From Micrococcus luteus NCTC 2665 (GTDB lineage: Bacteria > Actinomycetota > Actinomycetes > Actinomycetales > Micrococcaceae): a DNA stretch of 32,000 nt. The position numbers and the translations under genes are program-made. The first letter of the stretch is position 1; every line of letters begins with the position of its first letter. Of the stretch, positions 31,780 to 32,000 are shown piece after piece. Below the pieces are notes generated by a model. The model was not told the origin of the DNA. It saw only the letters and a list, made by a program, of their open reading frames with translations, and searched no databases. The DNA lies in the NCBI RefSeq assembly GCF_000023205.1, contig NC_012803.1, forward strand, positions 270,001 to 302,000, written 5' to 3'.

Positions 31780-32000
31780 GTGAAGATCCTGGTGCTGGCC
31801 AAGCAGGTGCCGGACACGTGGCAGGAGCGTGAGCTGAGCCTGGAGACCGGCTGGGTGGTGCGCGACGGCGCGGCCGAGCCCGTGCCGGACGAGATCAGCG
31901 AGCGCGTCATGGAGGTCGCCCTGGGCTGGCGGGACGCCGGCGCGGACGTCGAGGTCGTGGCCCTGACGGTGGGCCCCGAGGACTCCTCGAAGACCCTGCG
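31780..32000 (+). CDS. etfB: electron transfer flavoprotein beta subunit, N-terminal fragment (continues past window end)
   Basis: Hand translation from GTG 31780: VKILVLAKQVPDTWQERELSLETGWVVRDGAAEPVPDEISERVMEVALGWRDAGADVEVVALTVGPEDSSKTL, a canonical EtfB N-terminus. AAGGAGGAGAGG SD upstream. Confidence 0.85.
   Translation, partial: MKILVLAKQVPDTWQERELSLETGWVVRDGAAEPVPDEISERVMEVALGWRDAGADVEVVALTVGPEDSSKTL

Overview
This is a very GC-rich, actinobacterial-type (Micrococcales-like) chromosomal segment dominated by housekeeping genes. All family calls come from motif recognition by eye; no BLAST, HMM or RNA-folding search was run.

Gene content in order:
- purL'-purQ-purS (minus strand)
- a SEC-C/YchJ-like gene
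- a small cassette: XRE regulator, 4-TM membrane protein, DUF952-GNAT fusion
- two secreted proteases (tripeptidyl-aminopeptidase-like S33 and a large S8 subtilase) around a conserved hypothetical
- aspartokinase (ask/lysC)
- an ABC-2 exporter pair
- recR and a very long dnaX
- a nitroreductase-family gene and gluQRS
- SRP (4.5S) RNA and tRNA-Ser(GGA)
- an alanine/glycine:cation symporter, poxB-type pyruvate dehydrogenase (quinone), a HAD hydrolase, a TspO-like membrane protein
- a thermonuclease lipoprotein, a YihY/BrkB protein, L-serine dehydratase, a Nudix hydrolase, and the start of etfB

I saw no transposase, integrase, CRISPR array, rRNA or recognisable defence system.

Many long ORFs in the supplied track are GC-rich shadow frames opposite to or overlapping real genes, and I rejected them.

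The least ordinary signals are non-coding or architectural:
1. Two copies of a ~60-bp near-perfect palindromic element bracket the XRE/membrane/DUF952-GNAT cassette. One copy supplies the XRE stop codon.
2. A ~100-bp relatively AT-rich element of TTCGAA-containing inverted and direct repeats sits immediately downstream of ask, where asd would be expected. It is flanked by an 18-bp G-rich direct repeat.
3. The conserved ffs-dnaX-ybaB-recR neighbourhood is eroded: there is no ybaB, and ffs is displaced and abuts gluQRS.
4. A -10 box (TAGNNT) followed by 6-7 nt and a start codon recurs, suggesting leaderless mRNAs, including dnaX.
5. Two small membrane ORFs fall below the ORF-track cutoff.

None of these amounts to a clear new multi-gene system. 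The palindrome-flanked cassette is the best candidate.
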